DNA from: Camelus ferus
Lineage: Eukaryota
DNA: 64,000 nucleotides
Direction of reading: 5' to 3'
NCBI RefSeq assembly: GCF_009834535.1
Contig: NC_045697.1
Span: 11,286,001-11,350,000 of the forward strand
Shown here: piece by piece, positions 1 to 13,589 of the stretch
Layout of the letters: every line of letters begins with the position of its first letter
Numbering within the stretch: the first letter of the stretch is position 1
Notes under the pieces: generated by a model
What the model was told of the DNA's origin: nothing
The model's input: only the letters and a program-made list of their open reading frames with translations
Database searches by the model: none
Program-made: the position numbers and the translations under genes

Positions 1-171
1 ATGAAGTGGTATAAAATAGAAAAACAGGGGGTATCTTATGCAGGGAGGGGGAGCACTGTTTATGAATCTTTTATTTCAGTTGTGGTTGCCTATTTGCGTG
101 TGTGTGTGTGTGTGCTGGAGCCCACAAAATGTATTTCTTACTGTAGATAATAGAAAAGTCTGAAAGCCACT
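1..171. mobile_element. hAT-Charlie non-autonomous DNA transposon, MER119-like (truncated by window start)
   Basis: Internal (TG)n followed by 'aaaatgtatttcttactgt...tgaaagccactg', a hAT-type terminus resembling recalled MER119 consensus. Confidence 0.55.
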
Positions 172-1269
172 GGGCTAGGTGACCTTTTTTGATTCCTTCC
201 AGATCAAAAAGATAGAATTCTGGGAATGATCATTTCAACCATAATTTTGTATAAAACAGAGGCTGTACCTAATTTACTTTGAACAAGACCCTGAATGAAA
301 TGACTATTTGTTCTAATATACTTGACATATTTATCAGGTCATATCTTATTATTCAAACTCAAAAAATATACTCTACTTTAGGTCAAATTTTGGTAAAAGA
401 AAAGAAAAAAAAAAAAAAACACTATTCCTGCACCCTATCTTCCTGCATCCAGGACAAAAGTCTCTGGACAGCAAATGTTCCCAAGCCTCAGCTCATACAT
501 CCTGTATTCATCTCAAACAATATTTTTAATCAAATTTTACTATCTCAAAAGCTTTAGGACCACCCTCCCAATTTGGGACATAGCATGGACAATTCAATTT
601 CTATTAAATGTAATGATGTCTAGAAATTAAACCTCAAGAGAATATTTTAAAACACACATGTGAGCAGTATCATATCAATGCTAAATTAATTTAGAGGATA
701 CAATCTGCAAAATTAAACACGTGATTTAGCGATACAAGTGTCGAATTTAGGGACTGGGTTAAGTGAATGAGCTGTAAGTTTCCTTTTATGCTGAAATTGT
801 ACGATTGAACTGTTCCGCAGATGTTGACAGGTACTGCGTCCACATGAATTGTTCATGACCTTGTTTCTCCGATCTGTTGGATTCTGTTGGCTGGAATACG
901 GGACTTTGTCATTTTTCTTCTCTCAAATATAAACCAGTGCAGACTCCTCCCTGTATACTCAGCCAACAAGCAAGATATATTTTTACTCTAAATGCAAAGT
1001 CACTTTATTATTGTTGGAAATGAATTCCAATATTATATTCCTAAACATCTAGAAATTGGCATTCAGGTAAGTAGTGCATGAGGAGTAAAGTTAAAACAGG
1101 CTTTAAAGTAAAATATAGGATATGGTTGGCTCCAAAAACTTAGAAATGACATTATAAATATTTTGGATTAAAAAATATTTTCTGATTTCAGTTTTCACGT
1201 AATAATATATTTATGGGGCACTTTACTTTTTTTAAAAGGCACTTATTTTCTTTCGCTTACTAAAAAAAA

Positions 1270-1620
1270 AATTTAATGGATGCCTGCTTTGTGCCAGACA
1301 TTGCTCTAGGCAGTGGCAAACCAGACGAGGTCCCCTGGAGTTTACAGCTTAGGGGAGAGGGTTGACAAGAAAACAAATAAAGGAACCAGATCATTGCAGA
1401 TAGTGATAAGTGTGATGAGGGGAAAAAAAAAAAAAAAAAACAGCCTGTGAAGATCAGTGATGACTTCACACGTACAGGTCAAGGGAACCTCTCAGGAAGT
1501 GACATTTGAGCTGAGAGCTGAATGGCAGGAAGAAGTCAGCCCCCTGCAAACCTGAGGGCAGAGTTTTCCTGGCAGTGAACTTGCTGGGACAAAGCTCCTC
1601 TGGAGGAAATGGGCCCAGTG
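1270..1620 (-). mobile_element. LINE-2 fragment
   Basis: 'atttaatggatgcctgctttgtgccagacattgctctaggc...aagggaacctctcaggaagtgacatttgagctgagagctgaa' resembles the antisense L2 3' region. Confidence 0.7.
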
Positions 1621-2824
1621 TGTTCTCCAGGAGAAACGGGGAGGCAGAGATCTCACATATCCAGCACTTTCTTCCCACGTGGCTATTCTGTATTTAAAGA
1701 TCTCTTTTTGAATCCTTCTAACTCCAACCCCTATTTGTCGCATATTTTGGCAGGGGAGGGAGGGAAAGAGAGAATTGAGGGAAAACATAGTAAAATTTTT
1801 CTGCACAATACCTACTCAAAACAGCCTGATAGTTTCAAATCTGATTTTTAAAGTCACTTAAGGACAATGATCAGACTGATAATGTTCAACTGGATAAGGG
1901 AGTTTTTTTCTTTCCCTTGAGCCTGATTTCTCTAAATGCCAAGTTTCCATTAGCAATGGTCTTGTCATGTTCTAAATATTTACAGTTTTTTACTTCTTAA
2001 TCATTATTTGATCATTTAAAAATGGGTTGACTAATCACCAAATGCGTCACAGCTGCAGAAGAAAAAAAAAATACTAGTTTTGTCAACAGAGTGTGTGCAA
2101 AGCTGGAGTTGATTTTCTCCAAAATATCTTACCCATTTGGCACCTCCCACCTTCTTTTCCTTTGTCACCATGTCACCACTCCCACTCACCAGGGACAGCA
2201 AAGGATTGGAAGCAGCTGGAGAGGGGCTCCCGGGACCCGTCTTTAAGAAGGCAATGATTTAGTTGTCCTGAGGGCTTTCGTGCAGTGTTTCAATATCAAG
2301 AGCACTGCTTTGATTTTGCTTTTCAAAAATGCTGAAAATAGACCAGTCTTTAAAACCACTGCCCTTTCGTATGGAATATTTGAAAGAATTTTATTTTTGG
2401 CACCTGAGAATGATAAAAACAAACAAATAAAAGCAAACAAACAAGCAAGCATGATAAAGGTATTATGTGTAAAAATCACTGGGCAAATCCCCTGAGTTCT
2501 CCAAGACTCGTTTTCTACAAGGCTGCCGTTATTAAATAATACGATATCAGAACTGGAAGAAAGGAATCCTAGAACGAACTCAGCTCTGCTCTGAGGCTTT
2601 GGACATGCTGTTCCCTCTCCCTGGAAGGCTCTGAGTCACTTTTTTCACCTGACAAACCTCTAAAGACCTTTTAGACGAGGTGGCTTTGGCCTCAAAGAGA
2701 TCTAGACTCAAAAAACAGCTCTCCTACTTACCATGTTAGGGGCTCATTTGTCAAATGAGCATAAAAAGAAGACTTATTAAGATTGCAAAAAAAAAAAAAA
2801 AGGTTAAATGAGATCACCTGGGTA

Positions 2825-2874
2825 TACCTGTCCATGCACACCTGAGCTGTACCTGTCCGTGCACACCTGAGCTG
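2825..2874. repeat. 25-bp tandem duplication (2 copies, 1 mismatch)
   Basis: tacctgtccatgcacacctgagctg / tacctgtccgtgcacacctgagctg. Confidence 0.95.
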
Positions 2875-2949
2875 TCATTTGTGCCCAGGACCTGCCCCCT
2901 GAATAGGAACAATTATTTTTATAGTAGATGCTCTTTTCAAAAAAGAATT

Positions 2950-3078
2950 CTATTTCTATATTGAGGTATAGTGAATGTACAATATTGCAGAAGTCTCAGG
3001 TATACAACATAGTGATTCTCCACTTTTAAATGTTATACTTCATTTAAAGTTGTTATAAAATACTAGCTATATTCTCTG
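2950..3078 (-). mobile_element. Short 5'-truncated L1 3' end
   Basis: 'ttgaggtatagtgaatgtacaatattg...caggtatacaacatagtgattc' is the reverse complement of an L1 3' terminus. Confidence 0.7.
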
Positions 3079-4229
3079 GCATTAGGAGCTCTTTTATCTG
3101 GTAGAAGAAGACCTGGGAGTTGGTAGGTTAACGGAACGTTGGTTAAAGCCAAGGCAGCATGGCCAGCTGGCCACGAGCTTTGGTCTTCAACAATACGTTT
3201 TACAGAGGGGAGGATGTCAGCTAACCTCGGGAGCTTGTTAAGTGGGAGATGCCTTAAGATCTTCCCCTGGATTTTTTTATCAGGTCTCAATTTACTATTT
3301 CCTCTCAGAGGTCTGGCCTTCCCATACCCTCTACTTAATTGTGCTTTGCTCTGTTCTATGTCCCTTTATTAACAACTAGACTTTTGGGGCACATACTATA
3401 CGTCAGGCGATATTCTACATATTTCTTGACAGTCCAGTGCATTAGGTGTTGGTGTTTTCTTCAAGACCATGCAGCTAGTGATCTCAGTGATGGTTATGAC
3501 ACTGGCCGGTCTAGCTCCAGGCCCCGGGTAGGTCCTGCTAACCCACAATGCCCCACACTCTCCCTATCGGGACCCTTCTCGCACTGATCTTCACCCAGCT
3601 TGTCTGTCTTCCTGGGCAGCTGAGCCCCACGGGGTGAGACTCACCCCCGAGTCTGATGCATAACTGGCACTCAATCCATTTGGGGATGATTTCCAAACTC
3701 CCATTTTTACGGATCACAGAATAAGGTCAAGGGAGGGTTAGTGACCTGCCCAGTGGGCACAGCTGGCATTAGAATGCGGGTCTCTCACTCCGCGGCCACT
3801 TCCGTCATCGAGCTGCTACTTGTGCTGATTCCCCTGCTCAACATCTTCCTACTTATTTGGCAACATTTTGCCTCTGAAGTCGTTCCCAATCCCATCCCCA
3901 GCCAGGTCTTAAATTCAGTGTCCCTGAATCTGATTTAAATCTAGGATGCAATAAGAATTTTAAGAGAAAAAAAAAATTGTAAAGAGGCATTAGATACTAA
4001 AACATCCAGATAGAAAATCAAACACAGAGACCTCGACCCAGCGGAGCCGCTCTCTGTGCCAACAATGATGCCTGCACCCCTAGTACCGGGCTGCATAATT
4101 ACTTCCCTGGCTGAGGTTCTGCAAAGCCACACCTTTGAACTAAGAAAGAAAAACAAATAAATAAATAACTAGCCCTGCTGATTAGCAAGGTACTGCAGCT
4201 GCTGGAAACATCTCCCCCATCTAACTTAC

Positions 4230-4540
4230 CGTCGTATCATCAGCCCTGATGCTTGCTTCTTCCTCCAGCCGAGATGAAGAGCAAACTGAATTGTGCTTCT
4301 AGTGTACAATCTTACCTAATTATGCCAGCTGATCGCTTAAAAGTAATGTTTGCACACAGATCGGGAAGACGCTTACAAGAACCAGCTGGTTGATAAAGGC
4401 TATAAGTGAGGATTTGATTCCTTTTCAAAGGAGTGTTAACTATTTACATCTATATTTAAACACCGCATCACAACACCAGTCACTGTGTGGCTCTGCAAAG
4501 TGAGACTGCACTTGAGTTCCACAGGGGCGGGCCAACTTAG
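4230..4540 (-). promoter_or_regulatory. Candidate muscle-type alternative promoter and first exon
   Basis: MEF2 consensus CTATATTTAA (4450-4459), CAGCTG E-boxes (4326, 4383), TGATAA (4391), GC box (4524); two strong minus-strand donors TAG|gtaaga (4316) and ACG|gtaagt (4230). Confidence 0.4.
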
Positions 4541-5109
4541 AAATGAAAGTATTGCCCATCATGTAAAAGTATGACGTTGTCATTTGCTGCCGTAGGATAT
4601 CCATTTGAAAGACTGACCACTATCTTTTGGGTTTTAGACATAAATGAAAGATTAATGGGAATTAATCTCGTGAGCACACGTGCTTTCTGACGAAGCAGAA
4701 TGGCACCCGTTAATCACCACTCGACTGTGGACATTGAAGACGAGTTAGAACGTTGATGGCGCCACAAGCCGCTCACATGTCATGACCAAGTCACCTCACG
4801 GGTGGCTGGGATGAGTGCCTGTTCTAAAAACTGTCTTAGCTAACCCATACAGTATCGTTTTATTGAGCCCACTTTATGTGCAAAGTATGGTCATCATCTT
4901 TTTTTTTAAACTTGAGGAATGCTAAGCGCTTCTCTGTCCAAGAGGCTACATGGAATGTGAAGTTAAACCTGTGCGATCTCAACTTTGCCTGAACCCCAAA
5001 GTCTAACTCCCTCCTTTGACTCTTCCCACAACCTCACAGGCGAAAGTTTTGGCACCTTTAATCCATCCAATTTCGGAAGCATTCCAGAGCATCTTTCAAG
5101 GCCGAGGCA

Positions 5110-5480
5110 GATTTCCTTAACTCAACACATAGTTGTTGAATGCGCACCATGTCCCAGTATAAACCTGGGTGCTGGGGATATAAAAGTGAATAAAACAGTG
5201 GGCATCTCAGCCTTAGAGCCATGTGAGGGAGACAGGAAAGAAAGTGTTTCACTTCAGAGTAGTATAGGCTAGTGGAGACTCAATGGTAACTGACATGGTA
5301 GGTGCTGAGTAAATACATGTGAGTTGACAGAGAAGTGTTTTCAATGCATTAGGAGCTATGTCTAGGAAGTTCAGAGAAGGCAGGCTTCCTGGAGGAGGTG
5401 GCTACAGAGAAAGCCCTTGAAGGATGATTAGTTTGCTAGGCAGATGATGTAAGAAAGACACGCCAGGCAAAAAGACAAGA
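5110..5480 (-). mobile_element. LINE-2 fragment
   Basis: 'tcaacacatagttgttgaatgcgcaccatgtcccag...caggcttcctggaggaggtg...cttgaaggatga' L2-like. Confidence 0.6.
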
Positions 5481-6019
5481 CCTGTTTCGATGGCATAATG
5501 AGACTTAAGGACTTGGAGTACACAGCTCCAGTAATTTTTTTGAAATATGAATCCAAGATGTGGCCATTAATCGAGTGAAGAGATAAGCCAGAAAAAGAAA
5601 AAAAAAGTAGTGAAAATGATACCTCTGATACAGGAGCTAGGGTTCTCCAGATTAGTGACGCAAAGTGTGAGGAGAGCTCGAAGATTCTGATCTTTCCTGA
5701 GACTTACAATCCCCAAGGCAAATATGGTACCTTAGACAACTATTGGTTGTGTCCAGTCTGTGATCCATGTAGGTCTCTGGGTGACCACATGATATCCAAA
5801 ACAAGACCAGTGCAAGACCTTGAGGGTAATGCAACGTTATCCAACGCAAGTCCTTGAGATAAAGAAGAAAAGTGTTCCTTCCTAAAGGAGATGAGGATGG
5901 CACATGATTTAGCTCTAATTCTATTCCAGTGGTGAGATGGAGGCACCACAACTCATCACTGTAAGTGGGCTGGCCCCTCCTCATCTCCACGGCAGACGTC
6001 CCTTCCTGATCCGTTGTTG

Positions 6020-6120
6020 TCCCCTGGAATGTAAGTTCTTAGGGACAGGGAACTTGTCTGTTTCTTCACTGGTGTTTGCCCAGCTCCTAGAACATTAAGC
6101 ACATAGTAGGTAAATGAATT
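6020..6120 (+). mobile_element. LINE-2 3' end
   Basis: 'gaatgtaagttcttagggacagggaacttgtctg...cacatagtaggtaaatgaat'. Confidence 0.65.
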
Positions 6121-6699
6121 GATCAGTATTCTTTTTTTTTTCCAATTGAGCCCAGGGTTAAGATGTTTCCAGCAGCCAAACTGCGGGCTTACTGAGATGA
6201 AGCTGATTGGCCTCTAGTGAAATAGAAGAACGCCCTGAACCCAGCTCCACAGTTCTGGGCAATGGACGTCACCTTCTGCGATTTGGTTTTTCTCACATCC
6301 GCATCAGGGAGTTGTTATGAGAATTAAACAATATGTGGGATGATATATAGTCAAATTCTTTCCCACAGAGATTAATCCGTAGCAATTTTCTTTTCATTTT
6401 CTCTAGAAAGCCTTAATATAATTAAAACACCCCAAATTTAGTTTATTTCTTAATAACCCATGAAACTAATTTTAGGTATGTATGTGTACAAAGCACATAT
6501 ATATATTCACTATCTGTAATTATTATGTGTATATAAACCAGTAACATCTATAAGACTGGTTCAGCTCTAATGCTCTACTTAATCAATTTGTGGATTATGG
6601 ATTAATTGAGAAATATGTAGATAGAAGACAGACAGATAAGTAGATAGGAGGAGCTAGCTAAACATTAAGACAAAAACAATAATCAGATCATAATTGAGC

Positions 6700-7750
6700 A
6701 GACTGATTTCAAACCGCATTTATCACAAAACGAGAGTTACCGGAGCACATCTATTACCAATAGCTCAGTATTTGTAACCTTCTGGGATTAATTTCAGTGT
6801 AAACAAAAGCAAAAGGATAGAAATGAACCTCAGTTTCGGGGATCCTGGCCATTTAAAACAAAGAGGTAAATATTACATTTATCCGAAGCTGATCTACATT
6901 TCCTACTTCCACAAATTTGTAAATGCTGAAATTCTGCCCCTAGAATATGACTATGCACCAGCAAATGGATGGATGAAATTGTTATGCAAAAGACAGTGCC
7001 TCTCCAGTGCATAGCAAGTCCCTTTGCCTCCCTCTGGTGAGCAGGGCTCCTCCTGCAGAGGGTTCCACAGACAGACAGAGCTCTTCAACGAGCGTTTTCA
7101 ACAACTGCTTAACCTGCACGCCGTGGAAGGGGGGAAATCCTCCTTCTAAACCCATGTATGATTTATTAGCTTGTTCATTTGACAGCAAATACTTGAGAAA
7201 ATCTGCTGTTTTCAACAAGCGTAAACATTTTGGAAAGAGTAATGACAATAAGAAAAAAAAAGAGGAAAAGGGGAAAAAAGAATAGAAAAGGTATGTAAAA
7301 TGCAAATGGAAAGAGCTTCAGGAGACTGACATTTGAACGGCAACAACTTGGCGGGTAATTCGAGATTGATTAAATACTGAACAAGGCTTGATTGGTGTAG
7401 TGGTTCAATCATGATCGTGATTCGGAGATGGGACATAGAGGAAGATTCCCAGGAGAGCCCAAGAGAGCACAACCCAGTTTCACAGAAAAGGCATTTGGAG
7501 AATTCTCATGTGATATTCATCTTTATATCCTGCCATACTTAAAAGAAGCGCTCATAAAATAAAAACAGAGCCCCCACCGCCACCAGGAGACAGGAATCCA
7601 GATCAGGAGTGTGCTTTCTGGAATCTCCTGGTGAGCACAGAAGGCAGCTCCGCCCAGGGCAGCGCTACCCAGACAGCTGGCGGCCAGCCTGGGAACGAGG
7701 GACAATGTGCAGTGGCTGGGGGCGGGCTGGTGTTCTCAAAGGGAATTTGG
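6700..7750. promoter_or_regulatory. Repeat-free, CpG-retaining segment with GC boxes; candidate promoter/enhancer
   Basis: Elevated CpG, GC boxes near 7650 and 7720, reverse CCAAT near 7390, minus-strand acceptor 'ttccccccttccacggcgtgcag|' at 7113. Confidence 0.35.
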
Positions 7751-10144
7751 AATTATGAAAACTGTAAGAAAATAAGTACCAAGATGCATCTAAAAGATGC
7801 CTTCATTCTTTCCTCTTCAACATATTCAGAATTTTCTGACCCTACTTGGAAAGGAAAACAAAAACAAAAAACAAATGGGATGAGCACATTGAGTAAGAAA
7901 AGTCTACAGTCCTCCTACGCTTGGCAATAGGTATGTAAGGCTTTGAATTTAGTTCCTAAGATTTACTAAGCAGATTAATGTGAAAGAGTCTTCATTTTTG
8001 AAAATGGAAAAAAAAAAAAAGTAATCTGGAATGTGAATAGATTGTGAAAGTTCTCATGTCTGCATACAGTTCAAAGTTCATGTTTTGCCGGAACCACAAA
8101 ATCAACATTATCTTGTTTTTCTTTTTCTAAGATGTTGCACATATGTCCACACTTTGGTAACTGGAGGGGGAGGGAGCAGGAATCTAAGCAAAAATCACAA
8201 AGACTCACAGAAAAGCTCAAGGTTGTTGGCACCTAGGACGTCACCCTGCCCACGTGGCATGCCCTGGTTAGTCCAAACCTGAAGACTCTTTAGCGATTTT
8301 CTGTCCTCTTGGGTCCTAACAGACACATTCCTCCCATCATGGCAGACAGGCATACTTGGTTTTCTCTCCTTTCCTCTAACTTTCAGTCTCTTCCTGGAAT
8401 CTTTCTCTTGCTCATCCCCTACTTCTGCCAAACCATTTCCTTTTCTTCCCTTCCCAATGTGTAATTTTCTCCTCTGTTTCTAAATGTTTCCATCTCTCTC
8501 TCTGCTCCCAATACGTCCCTTCGAGGAAACCTCCCCTCAGTTCTTACAGACACTCTATACCATCTGCTTGTAGGATGTCAGGGACAAGCCATCATCTTCA
8601 GACAAAATCATACTCAAACTTCTAATCAAACATTTAAGACCTGCCTCCACCTGGCATCTGTCAGGATCCGTGCATCAATACTTCCTTCCCTGGATTCCTT
8701 TCCTGAAGCCAAGCTGATGGACTCACTGTTTTTTCTCTGCCCCTGAACTTGTCTGCCTTTAGGATTTGGCTCATAGTTTTCCTTTAGTCTCAGATACACA
8801 TATCTCCATCTTGTTGAGTGAACCTTTCTGGATCCCTCTGGGTAGGCAAAGTCTAGACTTCCAGCCCTTAATCTGTAAACTCCCTCTTGGATGTACACTC
8901 GTGTGCTGGTGTTAGAGGTGCATGATCTATGGGCATGAGTTCATCAGGGGAGGATTACGACGTTTAAGGGCAGAACCCCTCGAAAGTTTTCTTGCGTCTC
9001 TCAGAGTTTGGATGGATATCAAGATATTGATAGATATCGAGAGACGGCATAATGATAGTAGAAAGAAACTTCCATTTTAAAATTGTGGCAGGGCCACATG
9101 CATTCTTTAAAACTGCCATCTGGAAGACAGAGAAGGAATAGAAAATGTGTGACTTCAGGGGTCAAAGGAAATGGAAGAGGTGAAATGGATGCAATGATTC
9201 GATACATTTTTGGAAGATGGAAGTTGAATAGAGATGCAGGAATATCTTCACTGAAAGGGAGACACCTAGAAGATGGCAGCCTGCAAAGAGGGGTACCTAA
9301 GAGGAGCGAGCCAGTTCATCCTACAGAACCCAGAAAGGCTCAGAGGTCGGACGTGTGCCTGGAGAAGGTGAGTGAAACACACAGTTGTAAGTGCAGGTTC
9401 TGTTTCCTGAGCATTTACAGGATCAGGCCCCCTGCCCCACCCTCCTCCCTCCCCAGACCTGCTAACTGCCTCCTAACAGCAGCAGGTCTCACATACCCTA
9501 GCAGGGAATTGGAAAGTTCTTGCCTGGAGAAATATAAAGGGTCCAGAAAACAAACTCCAGAAACTCATATGGGTCACTCCAGTGAAAACGCCAGCTGGTA
9601 CCCAGTCCCCCAGTAGTGAGACCCACCAGGCACAAAGCTGTACCTGTGCTCAGAGCTTGTAATTAGCTTTTCTGCAGCACATGACTAATATCAGAAGGTA
9701 GCCAAGGATTTCACAGATTTAAGCAAAGTTTCCAACACAGAATGGAAAAATGAGCCCCCACAAAAATGAGGGAAAAACCCAAAGGAAAGAGACAATGCAG
9801 GAAGCAGAAGAAAACTTTTTTGAAAGTACCATTTAATTTTAAATCCATGAGTCTATGGGCCACTTTAATAAAATATACGTCAAGATAAAAGTAGAGCACA
9901 TTCTTGAGAGTATAACAGATTTGGGTCTGAGATGTGATGCCCATGCTTAAAATCTGTTTGGTATTAAAAAGGAACTGAGTCTCTCTGACCTGAGTTTTTG
10001 CATCTTTGAAATTACTGTGGTATTTTACAGTAATTAAATTACACTAACTCATGGGGTAGTTTTGAGGATTAAAAGGAGCAATATAACGTAGTGTGTATAC
10101 TCCATGCTAAATAAATGATAGGCATCTAGAGAAGTTTTTATTTC

Positions 10145-10328
10145 CAGTACTTCTCATCGTTTTTGGAGTGGTAAACCCCTCAGAGAACTTGATAAGAGCT
10201 CTGTATCCTCTCAGTAGAAAAACAAATACATGTATCTACACAGACAAGAGTCTACATATAATTTCAAAGGAATCTCAGACTTTATAAAGCCTCAAAAAAC
10301 TGCCCTCATGCCCAGGTTAAATAACAGA
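10145..10328. mobile_element. hAT-Charlie MITE, MER103C-like
   Basis: 'cagtacttctca...aaacccctcagagaacttgataagagctctgtatcctctc...cccaggttaa' resembles recalled MER103C. Confidence 0.55.
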
Positions 10329-10934
10329 TCTAAATGAAGAAGTCCTTAAGGGCAAGGATGTTCCTTTTCATTTCTTTTAAATCAATTTCGATGCTCTGCA
10401 AAGGAGGCAACTCAGTGAATGGGGTAAGAACTGTACTAATTTTGCCTACGCCAAATGGAAATGATTCTGCATGAAGAACAGAAGAGTCCACTGACCCGAG
10501 GAGGCATATTCCCATTTGGTCCATGAGAGGAAGATGGCTGATCCGGTTAGCCTGTGCTGACCTCCGGCCTGGTGATGCTCGATGCTTACCATTTTTAGCC
10601 CCTAGACTAGGGGCTCCTAATATTTCTGGCAGAGATAGATCCTAAAAGACCTTGTTTTCTCCTGCAAAAGGACCTGTGGCTCTCCACCATGCTGAGCAGT
10701 CTTTTCTCAGTGGACTGACGGCCTCCAAGGAATCTATTACTGAGCAGTCAAGCAGTCGTTAAGCATTTATGCAATGGAGTTGAATCAAAAGACGCAGAAC
10801 TTGTAGGCAGACTGACCTGGTTTTGGATCCTGGCTCCATTACTTCTAAGCTGCATGACTTTGGGCAGCTTAGCCTCTCTGAGCCTGTTTTTCTATTTTGA
10901 GCGCACAAACCATAAGGAAAGACTGCACCTTCCT

Positions 10935-11260
10935 TTGGTGTAGAAAGAGCAGGGAGGAGGCTGGTGTGGCTGGCATACAGTGAGAGGGAGGGAAATAGAG
11001 TCAGAGAAAGAGGGGCGCCAGGTCATACAGACCTCAGAGCACAGTGAAGATTTGTGATTTTTCTTCTCAGTACTATAAGAAGCCACTGGAAGTTACTGAA
11101 GAGAAAAGAGACATGATCTGACCTACATTTTCAAAAAACTCACTCTGGCTATTGTGTGGGGAAATTAGTGGAAGCAGAAGCAGAAGCCCCACTGGTGGCT
11201 GCTCCAAGAATCCTGGGACAGTGATGGTGATGGTGATAAAGTCAGATTCAGGACGGTGCA
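10935..11260 (-). mobile_element. LINE-2 internal fragment
   Basis: 'ggaggctggtgtggctgg...agccactgga...gacatgatctgacctacattttcaaaaaactcactctggct'. Confidence 0.7.
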
Positions 11261-11364
11261 TTCCTGAGGTTCTAAGATGAAAGAAACAACTGAGGAATCC
11301 AAGTAGCTGAGGACAACTTTACGAAAGAATGTGGTTTATGCTATAAAGAACGTGACAGAGCAAA

Positions 11365-11807
11365 GGTGCTAATTGTCGCTTCTTTCTTAGTAACTGGACC
11401 CTTGATTTTCAGTAAACACATGACTGCCTGGAGAAAAAAATTATTCTATATGTTCTAGTCTCATCTGCAACTTAGTGTGACCATGTAGCCAATGGGATGT
11501 CAGTTAAGTTACCATGCGCACTACTAGGAGATGGCATTGGAGGAAGAGGGCACGCCTTCCCTTTCGCCTTCCTTTCTGCAAGCTCCTACAGGCAGGACCA
11601 GAGCTGCCATCTTGGATGGAGTGGGCCCACGTGTTGAGGCTGCCAGCACTCGGGAAGAAGCCTTTGTCCTCACTGGTCCTGCTGCATCTAAACCAGCCCT
11701 GGATTGCCTCCATTCATGTGAACAATAACTAAACTTCCAACTTGTTTAAAGCACTATGATTTGGGGTATTATTCTGTCACTCACAGTTGACCTAATCCTA
11801 ACTGATC
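11365..11807 (+). mobile_element. MaLR LTR, MLT1J-like
   Basis: 'ccatgtagccaatgggatgt...gagctgccatcttgga...cttgtttaaagcactatgatttggggt...cctaatcctaactgat'. Confidence 0.7.
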
Positions 11808-13019
11808 AAAGGAGAATAAAGATAATGACAGCTATTAATACTTTATTAAATGCTTGGTGTGTTCCAGGTAAGGTGGAAATTCTTCATGACCCCAAGACAG
11901 AGGTATCACTATTACCACCATTTTACAGAAAGAAAGCTAGTACAGTGAGAGGTTGAATAACTTGTGTGAGATCACTTATAATTAGGAGAGCCAGGGTAGC
12001 TGGAATTTGACTAATAGGGGAAAAGGGGAAGGGTAATACTTATGAAATTATAGGGAAAAAGAATATCTTAGTTATTCTTATCCGACAGCATTGCATTCTG
12101 ACATCTTATATTGACGCTGAAATGTAAAGGAACTCAGGTTGCATTCCTTTAACTAGATTGAAAACTAGTTTTTAAGCTATAACTTTCTTTAAAGAAAATG
12201 TTTATGATTTGGGGTTTTTGCTAAGCATATTGGCACTAACCCTACTTTTACTGTGTAACCTCAAAACTCATAGTGAAACAAGAGCATGTACCCTATATCT
12301 TGAAATTGATTAAAATAGAAATAAGTAGCTGGTTTTTAATTTTTGAGCAGTATTTTTAACAATCTACCTATCATGCTCTCAGAAAAGTTATTGCCCAGAT
12401 TGAGGTTTGGTTTTTTTTTTTTCAGTAAACCAGAGTATTTATTTTTTCAAAATTACTTTAAAAAGGTTGTTTATAGAGATGTGAATTTACATAACTTGGT
12501 GATAATATTTTTTAAGTGTACAGGCTGTTTCATATTATTGCACTTACTCTTCAATACTATACAAGACATTTTATTTTACGTTAAGTAATGGATAATGTGT
12601 AATATCATACAACAGGTGTGGTGCCAAATGAGTTGTGTGTGGGAGGACAGAAATGAAACCCAGCCTACTTCAATCTTCATGATATATCCATGAGGGACCT
12701 CTGTAAGTGCCACCAGCACTACTGACAAAAAGGGACATAAATGACATAGGAGTTGGGTGGGAGTGAAGTTGAGAACCGCTCACATCCCAAGAAAACAAAA
12801 TTGCAAGACCATTGAAGGAGTTCAGAAAAATCCTGTAAGTTGAGGGGGTGAGGAAAACTTATCTACTGAGCAACTGCACAACTTGATTTGAATATTCCTG
12901 TTTTCCTGATAAGAAAACTGAAAAGGTGATAAAAGACCAGATCAGATAAACCCCAATTGGTTTATAAATCCCACATTGGGACTTATAAATAAATCTTGCT
13001 TGAATGAGTAAACTTTGCA

Positions 13020-13291
13020 AGAGGTCACCAACCTAAGTGTTTAGCCTGTAATGTATTCTGGGAAAAAGTTAATGAAATGGCAAACTTTCACAACCAAGAT
13101 TTCCAGATTCTCTTGAAAAATCAGAGTTGGCACAACTGGGCCATCAAGCCGACATGACATGGTTTAATCAGAGAAGAGCAGGGGTTGCTCCCTTTACACA
13201 GGGCATATGTTCTGCAGTTGGTGACAGAATTCCATCAGCTCACTGTTGTCTTAACCCCTACAGGCACCAGCTTTAGATGGTAGGATCCCTG
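13020..13291. mobile_element. hAT-Charlie fragment, MER102-like
   Basis: 'ttccagattctcttgaaaaatcagagttggcacaactgggcc...cctttacacagggcat'. Confidence 0.5.
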
Positions 13292-13589
13292 AGGGAAGGA
13301 AAGGTCTGTCTTGTCTACTAGCCTATTCCCAACATCTACATGGTGAGTGGCACTTGGGATCATTGATTGAAGGAATAAACAAATATACCCTCCCTGTATT
13401 TCAGAAAAGGAAGCTGAAATTCAGAGAGGCTAAGTAACTCCCAAAACCACAGAGATGGTACACAGGGAAGATGGAATTTAAACCTTCACTCCGGTGGCTT
13501 GGTTCCCATACCACCAAAGCAATGAAGGAAGAGTTCATTTCAGGCATCGCCTACATTCAAGAACATGGGCCCTGATTTTTCACAATCAA

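Noticed and set aside
821..1066. Possible plus-strand exon ending at strong donor CAG|gtaagt
   Set aside because: Several competing weak acceptors, no coding signal and no linked partner exon
9083..9616. 177-aa ORF (likewise the 171-aa ORF at 16397-16912)
   Set aside because: No recognisable domain or convincing exon structure; consistent with chance ORFs
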